A DNA stretch of 46,909 nt from Octopus bimaculoides. Lineage: Eukaryota. Position 1 is the stretch's first letter, and the number at the start of each line of letters is the position of its first letter. The position numbers and the translations under genes were made by a program. Location of the stretch: positions 85,969,199 through 86,016,107 of the forward strand of contig NC_068987.1 of assembly GCF_001194135.2 (NCBI RefSeq). Direction: 5' to 3'. The notes beneath the pieces were generated by a model. That model had not been told where the DNA came from and did not search any database. It saw only the letters and a program-made list of their open reading frames with translations. Shown here in pieces: positions 11,990-24,546 of this stretch.

Positions 11990-12120
11990 TTCAAATTGTA
12001 GTCTATAAATAATTTATTAAATACCATCGATAGTTTTCATTGGTAAAGAACTCAAAATATCCACTTGAAAAGAATAAACGAGGAAATCAATCTTCCTACG
12101 TTGATGTAATTATAAAAGAG
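11990..12120 (+). mobile_element. Possible Penelope-like RT relic
   Basis: SINNLLNTIDSFH followed, after a frameshift, by KYPLEKNKRGNQSSYVDVIIK (cf. LN..H..IKFTxExExNNQLPFLDVxI). Short and heavily decayed. Confidence 0.3.
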
Positions 12121-12907
12121 GCCTATACAACATATATTATTCAGCGTTTCCGATCTTTCGATGTTTTTTTTGGTTTTTGTTTTTACAATATACTGAAGAT
12201 TGTTATGACGATGATTTAATTATATTATATAAAATACATGACGGATTTGATATTGGTCAATCAAACTTTAGCCAATTGATTCAAAACTAACTAATTATAC
12301 AACTTATTGTAAAAAAGGAAACTTGTAAAATATCAATAGAGCTTTAACATAAGTTCGTTCACATGTTCGAACATGAAATCATGTTGTTCAAAAGATAAAG
12401 AAAAGATTTTCTCATAATCTTATCTGCAACTGTTGTAAATTCTCCAACGTACCTAATTAGATTTATGATTGCACAAGAATAAGAAATACTTCAAGAGATG
12501 CAATAAATAACATTTGAACTTTGTAAAAGATTATTCTTTGATCGTAACTGAATTGAAGAAAAATAAATATTTCCTCGACAAATGAAATACTTTGAGAATT
12601 GTGCAAGCCAAATAGAATCCGCAGCTTTATTTCATTTCGCAGGATAACTAGTGGTCATGAGTTGCATTGACCCTGCTTGCCGCAGAAACAGAATTTAAGT
12701 GTGCAGGTGAAACACTGTCCTCTGGGGATGTTCCACTAATCTTTATTCTAAGGATTTACATTAATATTATGTGTGTTTTTCTCTATATGTGTGTGCGTGT
12801 TTGTGTGCGTCTAGTAAAGAGCACATACTGAGAGTTGTGAATATCTTATATACAGTATCTTAGATTGTATCTGACACCAACTAAAATTTCTTTATTCAAG
12901 GGAAATA

Positions 12908-12946
<39 letters not shown>

Positions 12947-13470
12947 CACAAACACATATGTACGTGTGAGTGTGTGTATAGCGAGTGTCTGAATGTGTGT
13001 TTGTGCAGGTATACCATACATATCTATATGCGTGAGTGTGTGTGTGTGTATGTGTGTGTGTGGGTGTGGGTGGGTGTGTGTGTGTGTATACGCGTGTGTA
13101 CGCGTGTGTCTGTATGTGTACTTGTGCAGGTAGACTAGTGTTTACAGATTGCAATCATAATTACAGGATCATAGTTTCAAGTTTGGGCCTAGGCGGTGCG
13201 TTACATTCCGAAACAAAGCCCTTCATTTCAATTTGCTCAGCTGTAAAACTTTCCTCGTGTGACTCACGGACTGGTGACCCGTTCAGTGGCAATGGGTCTG
13301 TTCTCGGTCACTTGTACACCATTGGAACTGCATAATCGGCCATATGTGCTCTTAGACTCAAATCTACTTATTTATACGTTCATGTGTGTCTGCACGCGCA
13401 AGTGTGTGTGCGACTGTTTGTTTCTGCATGCGTAGGTGTTCATACATCGAACCAACCTTTCTTTCCTAAT

Positions 13471-13510
<40 letters not shown>

Positions 13511-13567
13511 NNNNNNNNNNNNNNNNNNNNNNNNNNNNNNNNNNNNNNNNNNNNNNNNNNNNNNNNN

Positions 13568-13647
<80 letters not shown>

Positions 13648-14281
13648 TATGTATACATATATATATATATATATGCATATACATGTATATATATATGTAT
13701 ATATATGTATGTATACATATATAGGTATATATAAATATATATATATGTGTGTATATATACAGATGTGTGTGAGTGCGCGTGTTTGTGTGTGAAGTAGTCT
13801 AAGATCGTCTAGGTTAAATTTGTAACACCCAAGCGGAATTGATTTAAATAGAAAAAAAAATATTTCGCTAACGTTATTCATTTTTGGCGATGGTACTAAC
13901 ATTAACGATCACTTCAGAGTTTGCAAAATACTCTAAAAACAAACGCTGGTTGATGTTCAGTTTACAAATATATGGATTACACCTAATTATGCAGATCTAT
14001 GGATGCATATGTGTGTGGTTTTAGTTTAACTATGTGTGCATGTTGGTACACATGTATTGGCGTTTCCGTTCGATGTGTATTGGTACATCTGATGTGTCTT
14101 TACGTTGGTTATGGAAAAGAAAACCAACAGGAGTAAATTAATGCAGTGCTATTTCGTTTTTCTTCTAGATGAATATTTAATTACTATCGACCATGGCTCT
14201 AGTTGAGTCTTATTTACATACACACACAAAGACTGACACGCACGGAGGCCGTCACTTGTAAACATACACACACATCCATCC

Positions 14282-14372
<91 letters not shown>

Positions 14373-14546
14373 CATGTATTGATATATATATATATTCAAA
14401 TTACGATGAAAGTAAACAAAGTTTGCTTTAAAAGCGTTGAGATGTATTGAAAGATACAAGAATAATTTATTCTCAAATGCATGATAATGCTAATACAATA
14501 GCATGAACAGTATAATCTATCCATGTGTTGCAGAAAAATTCGTTAC

Positions 14547-14619
14547 GGCCTGCCATGAGACTCGAAATTACATCCTTGCTATTATGCGTCAAGTGCTTTA
14601 CCTTTATACTAAACTGTCC
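14547..14619 (-). pseudogene. Degenerate tRNA-like sequence (anticodon loop contains CAT); tRNA pseudogene or isolated SINE head
   Basis: 73 nt. A-box-like TAGTATAAAGG. Anticodon arm CTTGA-CGCATAA-T(AG)CAAG. T-loop TTCGAGT followed by CTCAT. The acceptor stem pairs at only 5/7 positions. Confidence 0.4.
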
Positions 14620-16319
14620 AGTAACGAATTCTAAGATGAATTTAACGTTAGCGTCTTAAAAAGCTAGATTTATAAATCCTGTAATTGCAAAACAATTCGT
14701 TACTGGGTAGTTTAGCTTAAAGCTAAGATACTTGACGTGTAATCATAGGGATTGCAAAATTACTAAATAATTTTATTTAGTGTTTAAAGTTTTATTAGCA
14801 CAGCTACTCCTATAACCACCACCACCAACAACAACAACAACGACGACAACAATAATAAATGTGATGATGATAATTGAAATGTAGAAATCCCTGGGAAGTG
14901 TTGTCTTCAACATTTCTAAAGAAAAAAAGAGAGAGAGACACACACACACAGAGGGACCAAGAATAACCTGAGTTATGCGTGAATATATGTCTTTGTGTGT
15001 TTGCTTTAGTATATGTATGTGAGTGTATGTGTGTCCGAGTATATGTGTGTGCGAATGTATGTGTGATAAGTGTTGTAGGTTACGCCTCAGATAGTTAAAC
15101 ACACATTTATACATCTACACATAATATACAAAATGTAGTGAGACATGGCAAAACTATTGTATTGCTGTGGCGTAATTTTGTTGTGCTTGGGCAGACGCCA
15201 GCCAGGTAGGTTTGGTGATGTAGTAATACAAGCAACAACTTCCACCCAATAATGAAACACACTGATTTTGAAAGAGTTTAGTTTAGTTGCGGCCGGGACA
15301 TTAAACGAACAACAGCATTCGCTGTGAAGTATCACTGTTTAGATTTACCTGTTCCTTATGGTGAGTTGCAGTTTAAACATCATTAACGGTTATCACTGCT
15401 TATATTCTGAAATAATATTCTGGTTTTATAACCAACATAAAGATTTCGTTGATTTGACAGCACTCACAACTCTCGCTAATATATCTGACAAAAATAATGT
15501 GTTTCTCCTTAATATAACAAATTCGGAAACTTGACGAAGTAAAAAGCCTTTCAAAATGATTCAGAAATGGTATTCCAGTCCTTACAACCAGTTTGAAGAT
15601 AATGCTTTTTTTAACAGCCCTAGCGTCCTTATCGTATTCCTGCTATGCAGCTTTAACGGTGTTTGTATTCAACGCCGCGCTGTTTTTTTACTGCGTTAGT
15701 TAGTATTCATTCTACTGCCTATAACCCTACACAGTTAAAATATAAAGCAAGTGATGTCAAATTAATTTGTCTTGCTGCATACATCCTTCAGCAAATGTTT
15801 TTAATTAAGGTTCACAAAAGCAACATATTCCTTTGTACACACTTTGTTCAGCGTTCGCTTAAAAATTGTAAAGTAAATTTTTTTTGCATGAAAAATTGAA
15901 TTAAAACTTCTGAATTTTCTTGGGGCTTAACTTCCTTCACCATCAATCCTGAATTTTATAACATTTAGTACATGTTCAAAATAAATATTGACTTACTCTA
16001 CTTTGCTAAATGGGTGACTTTCCGACACTGGAATATTTCGCTTGGAAACCTCCCATAGAAATTTTTTATAGCATAGCTATGCTACAGAAAGTATGTTTTG
16101 CATCGATATTGACTGCGTCTCATTACGCTTGAACTTCACGTGTGTACGTTTTACTGTTTTCGATATTATCAATTCTTTGTGTGTGTTTGTGATTGAGTGT
16201 GTGTTTCCGTGATCGTTACGTCTATAGTAAACTAGAGTAAAGGACATTTTACGCTGTTTTAATGAGCCCATATCTAATGAAGTAACCATCTTTGTGGTAG
16301 GTGATCCCATGATAAAAGT

Positions 16320-16956
16320 AGTTCAGACCCTCATTCCTCTTATGATGTTCTCCAGTATCCTCTTATGTTTTGGAATAGACGAACTGGGTATCATTTCAAT
16401 ATTCCACAGACTGAACTTACAACAGGTGAACTAATTACAAATAAGAATGTGTCGTCAAATGACTTCTTGTCTTACCAACTCATGTTAAGACCAGAGCAAT
16501 CAAATCAATTACACATGTATCAAGATCTATTTCAGCAATACTTGGTTGATATATCTGCTGAAGCTGACTCAGCGTCTCCTCTACGTTCGTAACAATCAAA
16601 AAATGTTTAAGGGCTAAAAATTATATTTATCTTCAAGATGCTCTGAGGACATTTGGTGATATTCAAAACATTAAGGCACTTATAATCTTCCCATCATTAT
16701 TCACAGGTGGTCCTCAATATATGCACGGACGAATACAAGATGCTATGACATATATCAGGGCATGTGGAAAACCAGATTTTTTTGTCAATTTTACCCTCAA
16801 TTCTAAATTGGGGGAAATATAATCTAACCTTCTTCCAGTATTGCATCTTCTGGTAGTGCAGCTATCCTCCTTAATGGAGGAAGAACTGTTCGTTCCACGT
16901 TCAAGCTCATTCTAAATCTTGCTGTGAAAGAATCGCAAATGTGCAACATTTCCTGG
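16320..16956 (+). mobile_element. Helitron RepHel relic with a large internal deletion (Rep fragment fused to a PIF1-helicase fragment)
   Basis: HSSYDVLQYPLMFWNRRTGYHFNI...YQLMLR...LFQQYLVD..., YLQDAL, IIFPSLFTGGPQYMHGRIQDAMTY...GKPDFF.NFT.NSK.GEI (Rep side). From 16840: IASSGSAAILLNGGRTVRSTFKL.LNL...CNI (helicase, cf. VASSGIAATLLxGGRTAHSxFKxP). Confidence 0.85.
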
Positions 16957-17468
16957 TTTGTAGTAATACTTTCTTGTATTACTATAAACCATATAGAATA
17001 TGTAAACACTGAGGAATTACAATGGGATTAACTTAATTATGGCTTTATAATTCCTTTGTATCATTCCAATTATGAATGTAATTAATCTCATAAATGCGAA
17101 AAGTTAAAATTGCACACACACACACACACACACACACATCTACAATATAATCAAAAGTTAAACATGACTGAACGCATGTGACTCACTGATTGAATGAGGG
17201 AGCCAGATGCATCACAGACATCTTATTCTAATTAGAGATGTCACAGCTCTGAGGTGACTAACAGGAATGTAACTGTAATACATGTGAAATATTTTGGGCT
17301 GAGTTGGACCAAGAGTACTGATACGTGCCTTAAATTTTATCATATCTCACAAATCAGACGAATAGTTGAGGTTTGGCTACCTCAGTATAGGAATTACAAT
17401 GATTCATCAAAAATTGTGATGCCCATGACAAGAACGCTTTTATTATATGTTAGCTCTTTAACTGGCTA

Positions 17469-17644
17469 CGAGGGGGTGCTGAAATATATCTGGCTTGGGG
17501 TAAAATGAAATACAGGATGATCAGATAATTTACTGCACCAGTCCATCAGTTTTCCTATGCTCTCTAACAGAACTCAAAAGGTTGGGCCTCCAAACAAGCC
17601 TTTCGCAATGCCCTTAAAGCAAGGAAATTTTCAGCACCCACTCG
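17469..17644. mobile_element. Tc1/mariner-type MITE with TA target-site duplication
   Basis: TA|CGAGGGGGTGCTGAAAT...ATTTTCAGCACCCACTCG|TA: imperfect TIRs with flanking TA. Confidence 0.8.
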
Positions 17645-18057
17645 TATATATGGAGAAGTGTCTGTGAACGTGGCTTTTGTAAAATCACCAGAAACGGTTT
17701 AATTAATGTCAATTATGGTTTGGTTTGAACTGATGCAAATCAAAAATAAGTTTAAAGGATGGATTCTAGAAAAGCCGAAATTCCGAAAATGATTAACAGA
17801 TGTATTGTTTGATGTGTGACGAAAGCGTGGGCACAACAGGATTAATAAAGAAGCGGGTGCAGGAAAGTCAATTAACTGCTTTGTGATTGAGTGAATGTGA
17901 TATGACAACTATGGGCACTAAGAAGAAACGCATTTATAGTAGCAGTGGAACAGTCAGAGAAGAGAGAGCAGGTCTTTTGGATAGAGGTTGATGCTGGAAA
18001 GCGATTTCTTGCCTATGGGTTGTGGGAGTGTGATATTGCCTACCATTCAAAGGTAGA

Positions 18058-18435
18058 GGCGCAATGGCCCAGTGGTTAGGGCAGCGGACTCGCGGTAATT
18101 GGATCTGGGTTTCGATTCCCAGACCGGGCGTTGTAATTGTTTATTGAGCGAAAATACCAAAAGCTCCACGAGGCTCCGGCAGGGGATGGTGGTGAACCCT
18201 GCTGTACTCTTCCACCACAGCTTTCTCTCACTCTTACTTTCTGTTTGTGTTGTGCCTGTAATTCAAAGGGCCAACCTTGTCACTCTCTGTCACGCAGAAT
18301 ATCCCCGAGAACTACGTTAAGGGTACACGTGTCTGTGGAGTGCTCAGCCACCTGCACGTTAATTTCACGAGCAGGCTGTTCCGTTGATCGGATCAACTGG
18401 AACCCTCGACGTCGTAAGCGACGGAGTGCCAACAA
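18058..18435 (+). mobile_element. tRNA-derived SINE, family C, apparently full length
   Basis: A box TGGCCCAGTGG and B box GGTTTCGATTCC. Ends CGTAAGCGACGGAGTGCCAACAA. The 3' body is shared with 36770-37068. Confidence 0.85.
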
Positions 18436-20135
18436 TAAACCACTCAAAGGTTGTCTGGTTAAATAGCAAATGTTTGTACGCATACAATGTTTTAAAAGTT
18501 AAATGCTTCATTGTATCTGCTTAACAATTGATATTTATTTCTGCTATTTAATGAAACAAATGCAATGGCGTCTATGCAATAAGCTACATAGCAAGTTTGA
18601 ATTGATGACCTCTAAGTAGCTTCTCGCGTCGCACAAATCGCAAATTTGCTGTATTAATAAATGACTCGCGAGACGGCTTCTGTGATATTAAATGTCTTCG
18701 TATACTAGAGAATAAAAGAATGTAGTAACGGCTAGAATAACTATGTTCACAGGTATGATTATCAGAGTTTTACCAGGAGACTGACATAAGCAATACCAAC
18801 GCAACATACGGATACTGGAGTTAACTAAAACTGTTACTCCCAGAAATAAATCTTAAATTTCTTTTTTGGGATTAGAAACTTAGACCATACATTTCGCTGA
18901 TGTCTTCGTTTCACGATATATATTCATATCATTTATTTTGCCCACCACAAAGAACCTACATTTCAGAGGAGTGAACATTTAAGACCATGTCTACTTCGGG
19001 TACATTATCGAGGCAAATAAAGTCAGATCACATCAAACAGATTACATTATTTTCAAGTAGCTCACTTCAAGTGAGTTCCTTCACTTTAGTATAATAAACT
19101 AAACGTATTTACTCACCCAAAGTGTATTTCATATATATCTGACACTACGTATATGTGTGTGCGTGTTTGTGTGTGTTTCCATGTGTGTGAGAGAGTGTTT
19201 GTGCATGTGTGCGGGGCGTATGTCAGTGTATATATATATGTGTGTACATGCATATATATATATATATAAAGAGATAGAGAGAGAGAGGGAGAGAGAGAAA
19301 TAGTTCGATACATATATCTATATATAGGTATATATATATATATATATATATNNNNNNNNNNNNNNNNNNNNNNNNNNNNNNNNNNNNNNNNNNNNNNNNN
19401 NNNNNNNNNNNNNNNNNNNNNNNNNNNNNNNNNNNNNNNNNNNNNNNNNNNNNNNNNNNNNNNNNNNNNNNNNNNNNNNNNNNNNNNNNNNNNNNNNNNN
19501 NNNNNNNNNNNNNNNNNNNNNNNNNNNNNNNNNNNNNNNNNNNNNNNNNNNNNNNNNNNNNNNNNNNNNNNNNNNNNNNNNNNNNNNNNNNNNNNNNNNN
19601 NNNNNNNNNNNNNNNNNNNNNNNNNNNNNNNNNNNNNNNNNNNNNNNNNNNNNNNNNNNNNNNNNNNNNNNNNNNNNNNNNNNNNNNNNNNNNNNNNNNN
19701 NNNNNNNNNNNNNNNNNNNNNNNNNNNNNNNNNNNNNNNNNNNNNNNNNNNNNNNNNNNNNNNNNNNNNNNNNNNNNNNNNNNNNNNNNNNNNNNNNNNN
19801 NNNNNNNNNNNNNNNNNNNNNNNNNNNNNNNNNNNNNNNNNNNNNNNNNNNNNNNNNNNNNNNNNNNNNNNNNNNNNNNNNNNNNNNNNNNNNNNNNNNN
19901 NNNNNNNNNNNNNNNNNNNNNNNNNNNNNNNNNNNNNNNNNNNNNNNNNNNNNNNNNNNNNNNNNNNNNNNNNNNNNNNNNNNNNNNNNNNNNNNNNNNN
20001 NNNNNNNNNNNNNNNNNNNNNNNNNNNNNNNNNNNNNNNNNNNNNNNNNNNNNNNNNNNNNNNNNNNNNNNNNNNNNNNNNNNNNNNNNNNNNNNNNNNN
20101 NNNNNNNNNNNNNNNNNNNNNNNNNNNNNNNNNNN

Positions 20136-20195
<60 letters not shown>

Positions 20196-20598
20196 TCATA
20201 TCTGCATATGTCTATGAATATATACAAATGTATGGATGCATGTATGTGTGTATGTACATTCGAGGTATCTGAAATGCATTAATGAAATATCTTCTGAAGT
20301 GAGACGCTGCTATGATGTAAGAGTGCTCACCTATATATCAAGCAGTCTTCCATCTTTCAATATCTGGAAAAACCACTTCCCTCGCTGGCGTAAGCGACCA
20401 TTTATGATATGAATCATGTTAGTGGTATAAGTTGTTTCGCCCTATTACGTAAACATCTAATATACTAAATAAATGAATAAGAAAAAAATCACCACGAAAT
20501 ATATATTTTAACACATTACTTATCTCTATGTAATGCTACGAAATATAAACATGACATGTTTATCAATTTGTCTGTAGGTTGAAAAAGTGATGAACAGC

Positions 20599-20638
20599 CT
20601 TAACAGATGTTCGGATCTTATTGGGTTCTCATCAGAAG
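20599..20638 (-). ncRNA. Degenerate hammerhead-like motif in a Penelope-type terminal repeat
   Basis: Minus strand: CTT-CTGATGA-GAACCCAATAAGATCC-GAAC-ATCT-GTT-AAG. It has GAAC instead of GAAAC and stem II is decayed. Homologous to 24505-24546. Confidence 0.4.
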
Positions 20639-20789
20639 CGTCTACACTATTTGAGCAATATTTGTCTGGAATTTTGTACAGCAATTACGTCAGAATGCAT
20701 CTGCACTTACACTTCAAGCACAGAAGTCTATCGGAAGGAATGTTTCCACGTCTATTGATGTATGACTTCATCTTTAGATATCTCATTCC

Positions 20790-21157
20790 TAAGATTTATT
20801 CGGCAAGCAGTGAGATCCAGTTTCAGTCCCGCTGCCTGGCATTTAGGGCAAGTGAGGTGTCTTGTGGCTGGAGTGGGTCGGCAGAAATTGAAAAAGCCCG
20901 TCGTATATATATGTGTATGTGTGTGTTTGTGTGTGTGCGCGCTTACGTGAGTGCGTGTATTTCTGTCTTTGATCTTCCCCACAAGCGGCGTTGGCGTGCT
21001 TATGTCCCGGTAGCATAGCGGTTTTGGCAAATAGACCAATAGAATAGGTACTAAGCTTAAAAAATAAGTCCTGGGCTCGAGTGTTTTCGATTAAATCCCT
21101 CATGGTGGTTCCCCAGCATGGCCGCACTCAAATGACAGAAAGAAGTAACAGATAAAA
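20790..21157 (+). mobile_element. tRNA-derived SINE, family A, diverged
   Basis: TTCAGTCCC.CTGC.TGGCA..T.GGGCAAGTG...GAAATTGAAAAAGCCCGTCGTATATAT...CCCCAGCATGGCCGCACTCAAATGACAGAAA. Confidence 0.8.
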
Positions 21158-21339
21158 CACAGAATAAAGTCACCAGTATGATGTTTAATAGCAACCGGGA
21201 GTTCGTTCGTATATTGCGTTAGCAATTTATTAGATATGGTGGACTCTCTTTCCATGAACGACAGCTGGAAATTCTGCAGCTTCTTGCTGACCAACCATCC
21301 ATCATATTGACTGGTGCACAACTTGCCACACGTCAGATA

Positions 21340-21450
21340 CTAGAGTGAGAGCAAAACAGCATGAAATGAAGTGATTTGCCCAAGATCATAACACAATTGC
21401 CTGGTACAGAAATCGAAACCATATCTTACTATTGCGAGTGTAATACTGTC
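21340..21450 (-). mobile_element. SINE head fragment (family D-like)
   Basis: GTGAGAGCAA...GAAATGAAGTG.TTTGCCCAAG.TCA.AACAC...GAAATCGAAACC, which resembles the head of 36770-37068. Confidence 0.5.
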
Positions 21451-22021
21451 ATTCCCAGGGAACGCTCATTTACATGTTACTAGATATAGAAGCGAACTGA
21501 CCACCTAATCCTAATCTCTTATGAACGAGGAATAACCGATATAAATTTAACTAACACCAAACAGCCATAATAGAATGGCTTTTATCCCAGGTTCGTTTGA
21601 TTGAAAAGTTTTACCACGACACCATATATTAAATGCTTGTTAAATATCATCAGGTATACTCTGTATAATTTGTAAGTTAAAACCAAAATTCTTATATTTG
21701 TATTTGGTGGATTAGTAATACAAATCAGAACAAAATAACTATAGACAGGAAAAAATGTAAGCTGGCTATATACAACGGCAAATCTCTATCACATGCCCAT
21801 CTTATATATTCCCTGAAGAACGAAGAGACTAAATTAACAACATCCATTTTGGGAAATAGAAAATGTTATATACAAATATAGCCTTTGGATATCATATTTC
21901 TAATAATATAAAATACATTTGGATTAATCTGACACTGTGTTTATTGGTTGACGCTTCTGTGTGCGTGCGCGTTGTGTAGATGTGGGCGTGAAACTAACTC
22001 AAACACACACACACACACACA

Positions 22022-22063
<42 letters not shown>

Positions 22064-22308
22064 GTATATAAAAATAAAACAGGCATCCACACCTATATAT
22101 GGCAGGTATAGCGTAAACGTATTCCATAACTGTTATCACTAAAGACCACGTGGGTACTTAATATACCGTTATCTAATACCCGGTGCGAAACCGGTTGGTA
22201 AGCTCGGCTGGAAGGGATCTATAATACTGTACACTTTCAATAACATTGCCACTTGAGAAATAAACGACTGTCTATTTTTTCTGACAGGTAGATACCTAGA
22301 CGACCGCA

Positions 22309-22342
<34 letters not shown>

Positions 22343-22374
22343 TATGCATATGTGTGTGCAAAATGATTATCGTT

Positions 22375-22475
22375 TGCACAAACTTGCTTTGCAACAATTA
22401 CGTGGGTTTTGTTTTGATCCTACTGCATGACACCTTCAGCAAGTGTATTCTACTATATTCTCAAGCTGACTAATG
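22375..22475 (+). mobile_element. SINE family A head fragment, diverged
   Basis: CTTGCTT...CCTACTGCATGACACCTT..GCAAGTGT.TTCTACTATA. Confidence 0.5.
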
Positions 22476-23909
22476 AAGACAGTAAACGGAACAAGGAGTC
22501 TATCCTAAATGCTAATCGGAAACCACCATTAAACAAGAGACAAGAACTACATGAAGCTGACAAGCTATAATAACGATACCACCTTGAACACATCTCTATC
22601 CTTTCCCTAATGCTTAGGCATAGATATTAGATTTACTCTGTCTCTGATTTCTCCACTTGATTATTAACATTGATTATCAAAGAAACAGAAGGGATAATTT
22701 CTTGTTCTGCTTTGACATTTTCAAGTCATTTAGCATTGCTTTGGATTAATGTTGTTTTTTATTTACTTATTTAACGCCTATTTTACCTTTTACTCGAACC
22801 GTGCCAGGCTGCGACACGTCTTCTAAGGTCTGTTCCAAAAGCTGACCCAGGTGGCTTGTTCGTAATTCTGATGGTTATTCCAACGTTTATTTTTTTGGTC
22901 AATTTACTGAGTTACATCTACTAAATTCTCTGTAAAACATTGATCGGCCCGAGGTGGCCTGGATCTGTGTTAGAATACACTTAAAGTGCTGTTCTGTGAG
23001 ACTGAACAGAAAACCACTTTGCAACAGACGAGCTTTTTTGACCATACAGCGGCGGGTGGTAGATGGAACGGAAATACATTCTGTTTTATGTTTTTACCAT
23101 ATGCGAACATTTGCAATTACTATATCTAAATGTGTACAATATAGGAAATGTTTAGCTGAAAATGAAGAAATAAAAATGCTTTATTTACTGATTTGTATAT
23201 CGATAACAGTGTAATCTGTCAGTAAAAAGTAAGTAATGAGTAATTTATTTGAAAGAAGTCTTTTATCAATCTACTCATTGCAACTATTGCCTAGTTCCTT
23301 TCATACATTTTCTTTCTTTCTCTTGTCTCTGTATCTCTCTCTTTGATTCTCTTTCAATATTTCCTCATTTTTCTTACTTCGGATAACATTTTTTAAACAT
23401 GTTTTGCTTTACTATATCTATTTTTAACAATTGACATAAACAATTGATGTCGATCTGATATTGTTTTGAGATCGTATCCAACACTGTTTCTAATATATAA
23501 TAATAAAAAAAAACCCCTACATATATATATATATTCCGGGTTAAGGTTCAAAAGAAAAGAGAATGTTTGAAACCGAATTAAAATGCAATATATTAATTTG
23601 AATGGAATTAATTCTATTTTACATAGGAGGATCAGAAACATAACAGCTTCAGTTTTGTTTAATAAATGCATATTAGTATTAATAGAATTTCATTCGATAT
23701 TATGATATCACTGAAATGAGCTACACGACCGATTGTTGTTGAAGTTGAAAGTCAATTAGTAATTTGTCTGATTAGCCTGTTTTATAGCGACTCCACAGAG
23801 AGAAAGAGAGAAACACTCCAGAGAGATAGGCATAATGAAGTAGACTTATACTAATGGATATTGCAACATAGCGTAATAGCGTACGATATCTTTCGTTGCA
23901 GCCAAATAT

Positions 23910-23912
<3 letters not shown>

Positions 23913-23975
<63 letters not shown>

Positions 23976-23976
23976 A
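23913..23976. repeat. (CTA)n microsatellite
   Basis: Direct reading. Confidence 0.95.
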
Positions 23977-24001
23977 GCTGCTGCAGCTATGTCTGCTACT
24001 T

Positions 24002-24167
24002 TTCTTTTCTACTATAGGCACAAGGCCTGAAATTTGGGGGGACGAAGCCAGTCAATTATATCGACTCCAGTCGACCTCAGCGGAATTTGAACTCAGAACG
24101 TAAATACAAACGAAATACCACTAAGCATTTAGCCCGGTGTGCTGACGTTTCTGCCAGCTCGACACCT
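24002..24167 (-). mobile_element. tRNA-derived SINE, family B, with an internal deletion
   Basis: TTCTTTTCTACTATAGGCACAAGGCCTGAAATTTGGGGG...TCGACTCCAG|TCGACCTCAGCGGAATTTGAACTCAGAACG...CTGCCAGCTCG. The core between two TCGAC words is missing. Confidence 0.85.
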
Positions 24168-24172
24168 TGTCT

Positions 24173-24188
24173 CCTACTACTAAAACAG

Positions 24189-24237
<49 letters not shown>

Positions 24238-24305
24238 AGTTGCTGTTGCTGATACTACTGAAGAAGAAGAAGAAGAAGAAGAAGAAGAAGAAGAAGAAGA
24301 AGAAG

Positions 24306-24342
<37 letters not shown>
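24173..24342. repeat. Compound microsatellite (CTA)n-(GAA)n-(CAA)n
   Basis: Direct reading. It explains the homopolymer ORFs at 24077-24497. Confidence 0.95.
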
Positions 24343-24343
<1 letters not shown>

Positions 24344-24504
24344 GGAAAGGAAAAAAGAAGAAGAAAAAGAAAAAAAGAAAGAAAAAGAGTTTCGGGAAAC
24401 AGGACTTTGGTCAATTATGCATGTAAACTACGTTGAACCATTATATACAGGTCTAATTCACCTTTTATTCTATAGAATGAAAAAAACAAAACAATGATGA
24501 ATGA

Positions 24505-24546
24505 CCTTATTCGATTTTCAGATCTTACTGAATTCTCATCAGACGC
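24505..24546 (-). ncRNA. Degenerate hammerhead-like motif, same family as 20599-20638
   Basis: Minus strand: GCGT-CTGATGA-GAATTCAGTAAGATCT-GAAA-ATCGAATAAGG. Confidence 0.35.

Noticed and set aside
22175-22215. CCCGGTGCGAAACCGGTT as a Helitron 3' hairpin
   Set aside because: No CTRR terminus at the expected distance and no second copy in the window.
22822-22925. Short plus-strand frame ending in a hydrophobic helix (GLFVILMVIPTFIFLVNLLSYIY*)
   Set aside because: Under 45 codons, hydrophobicity is expected from T-rich DNA, and there is no supporting exon chain.
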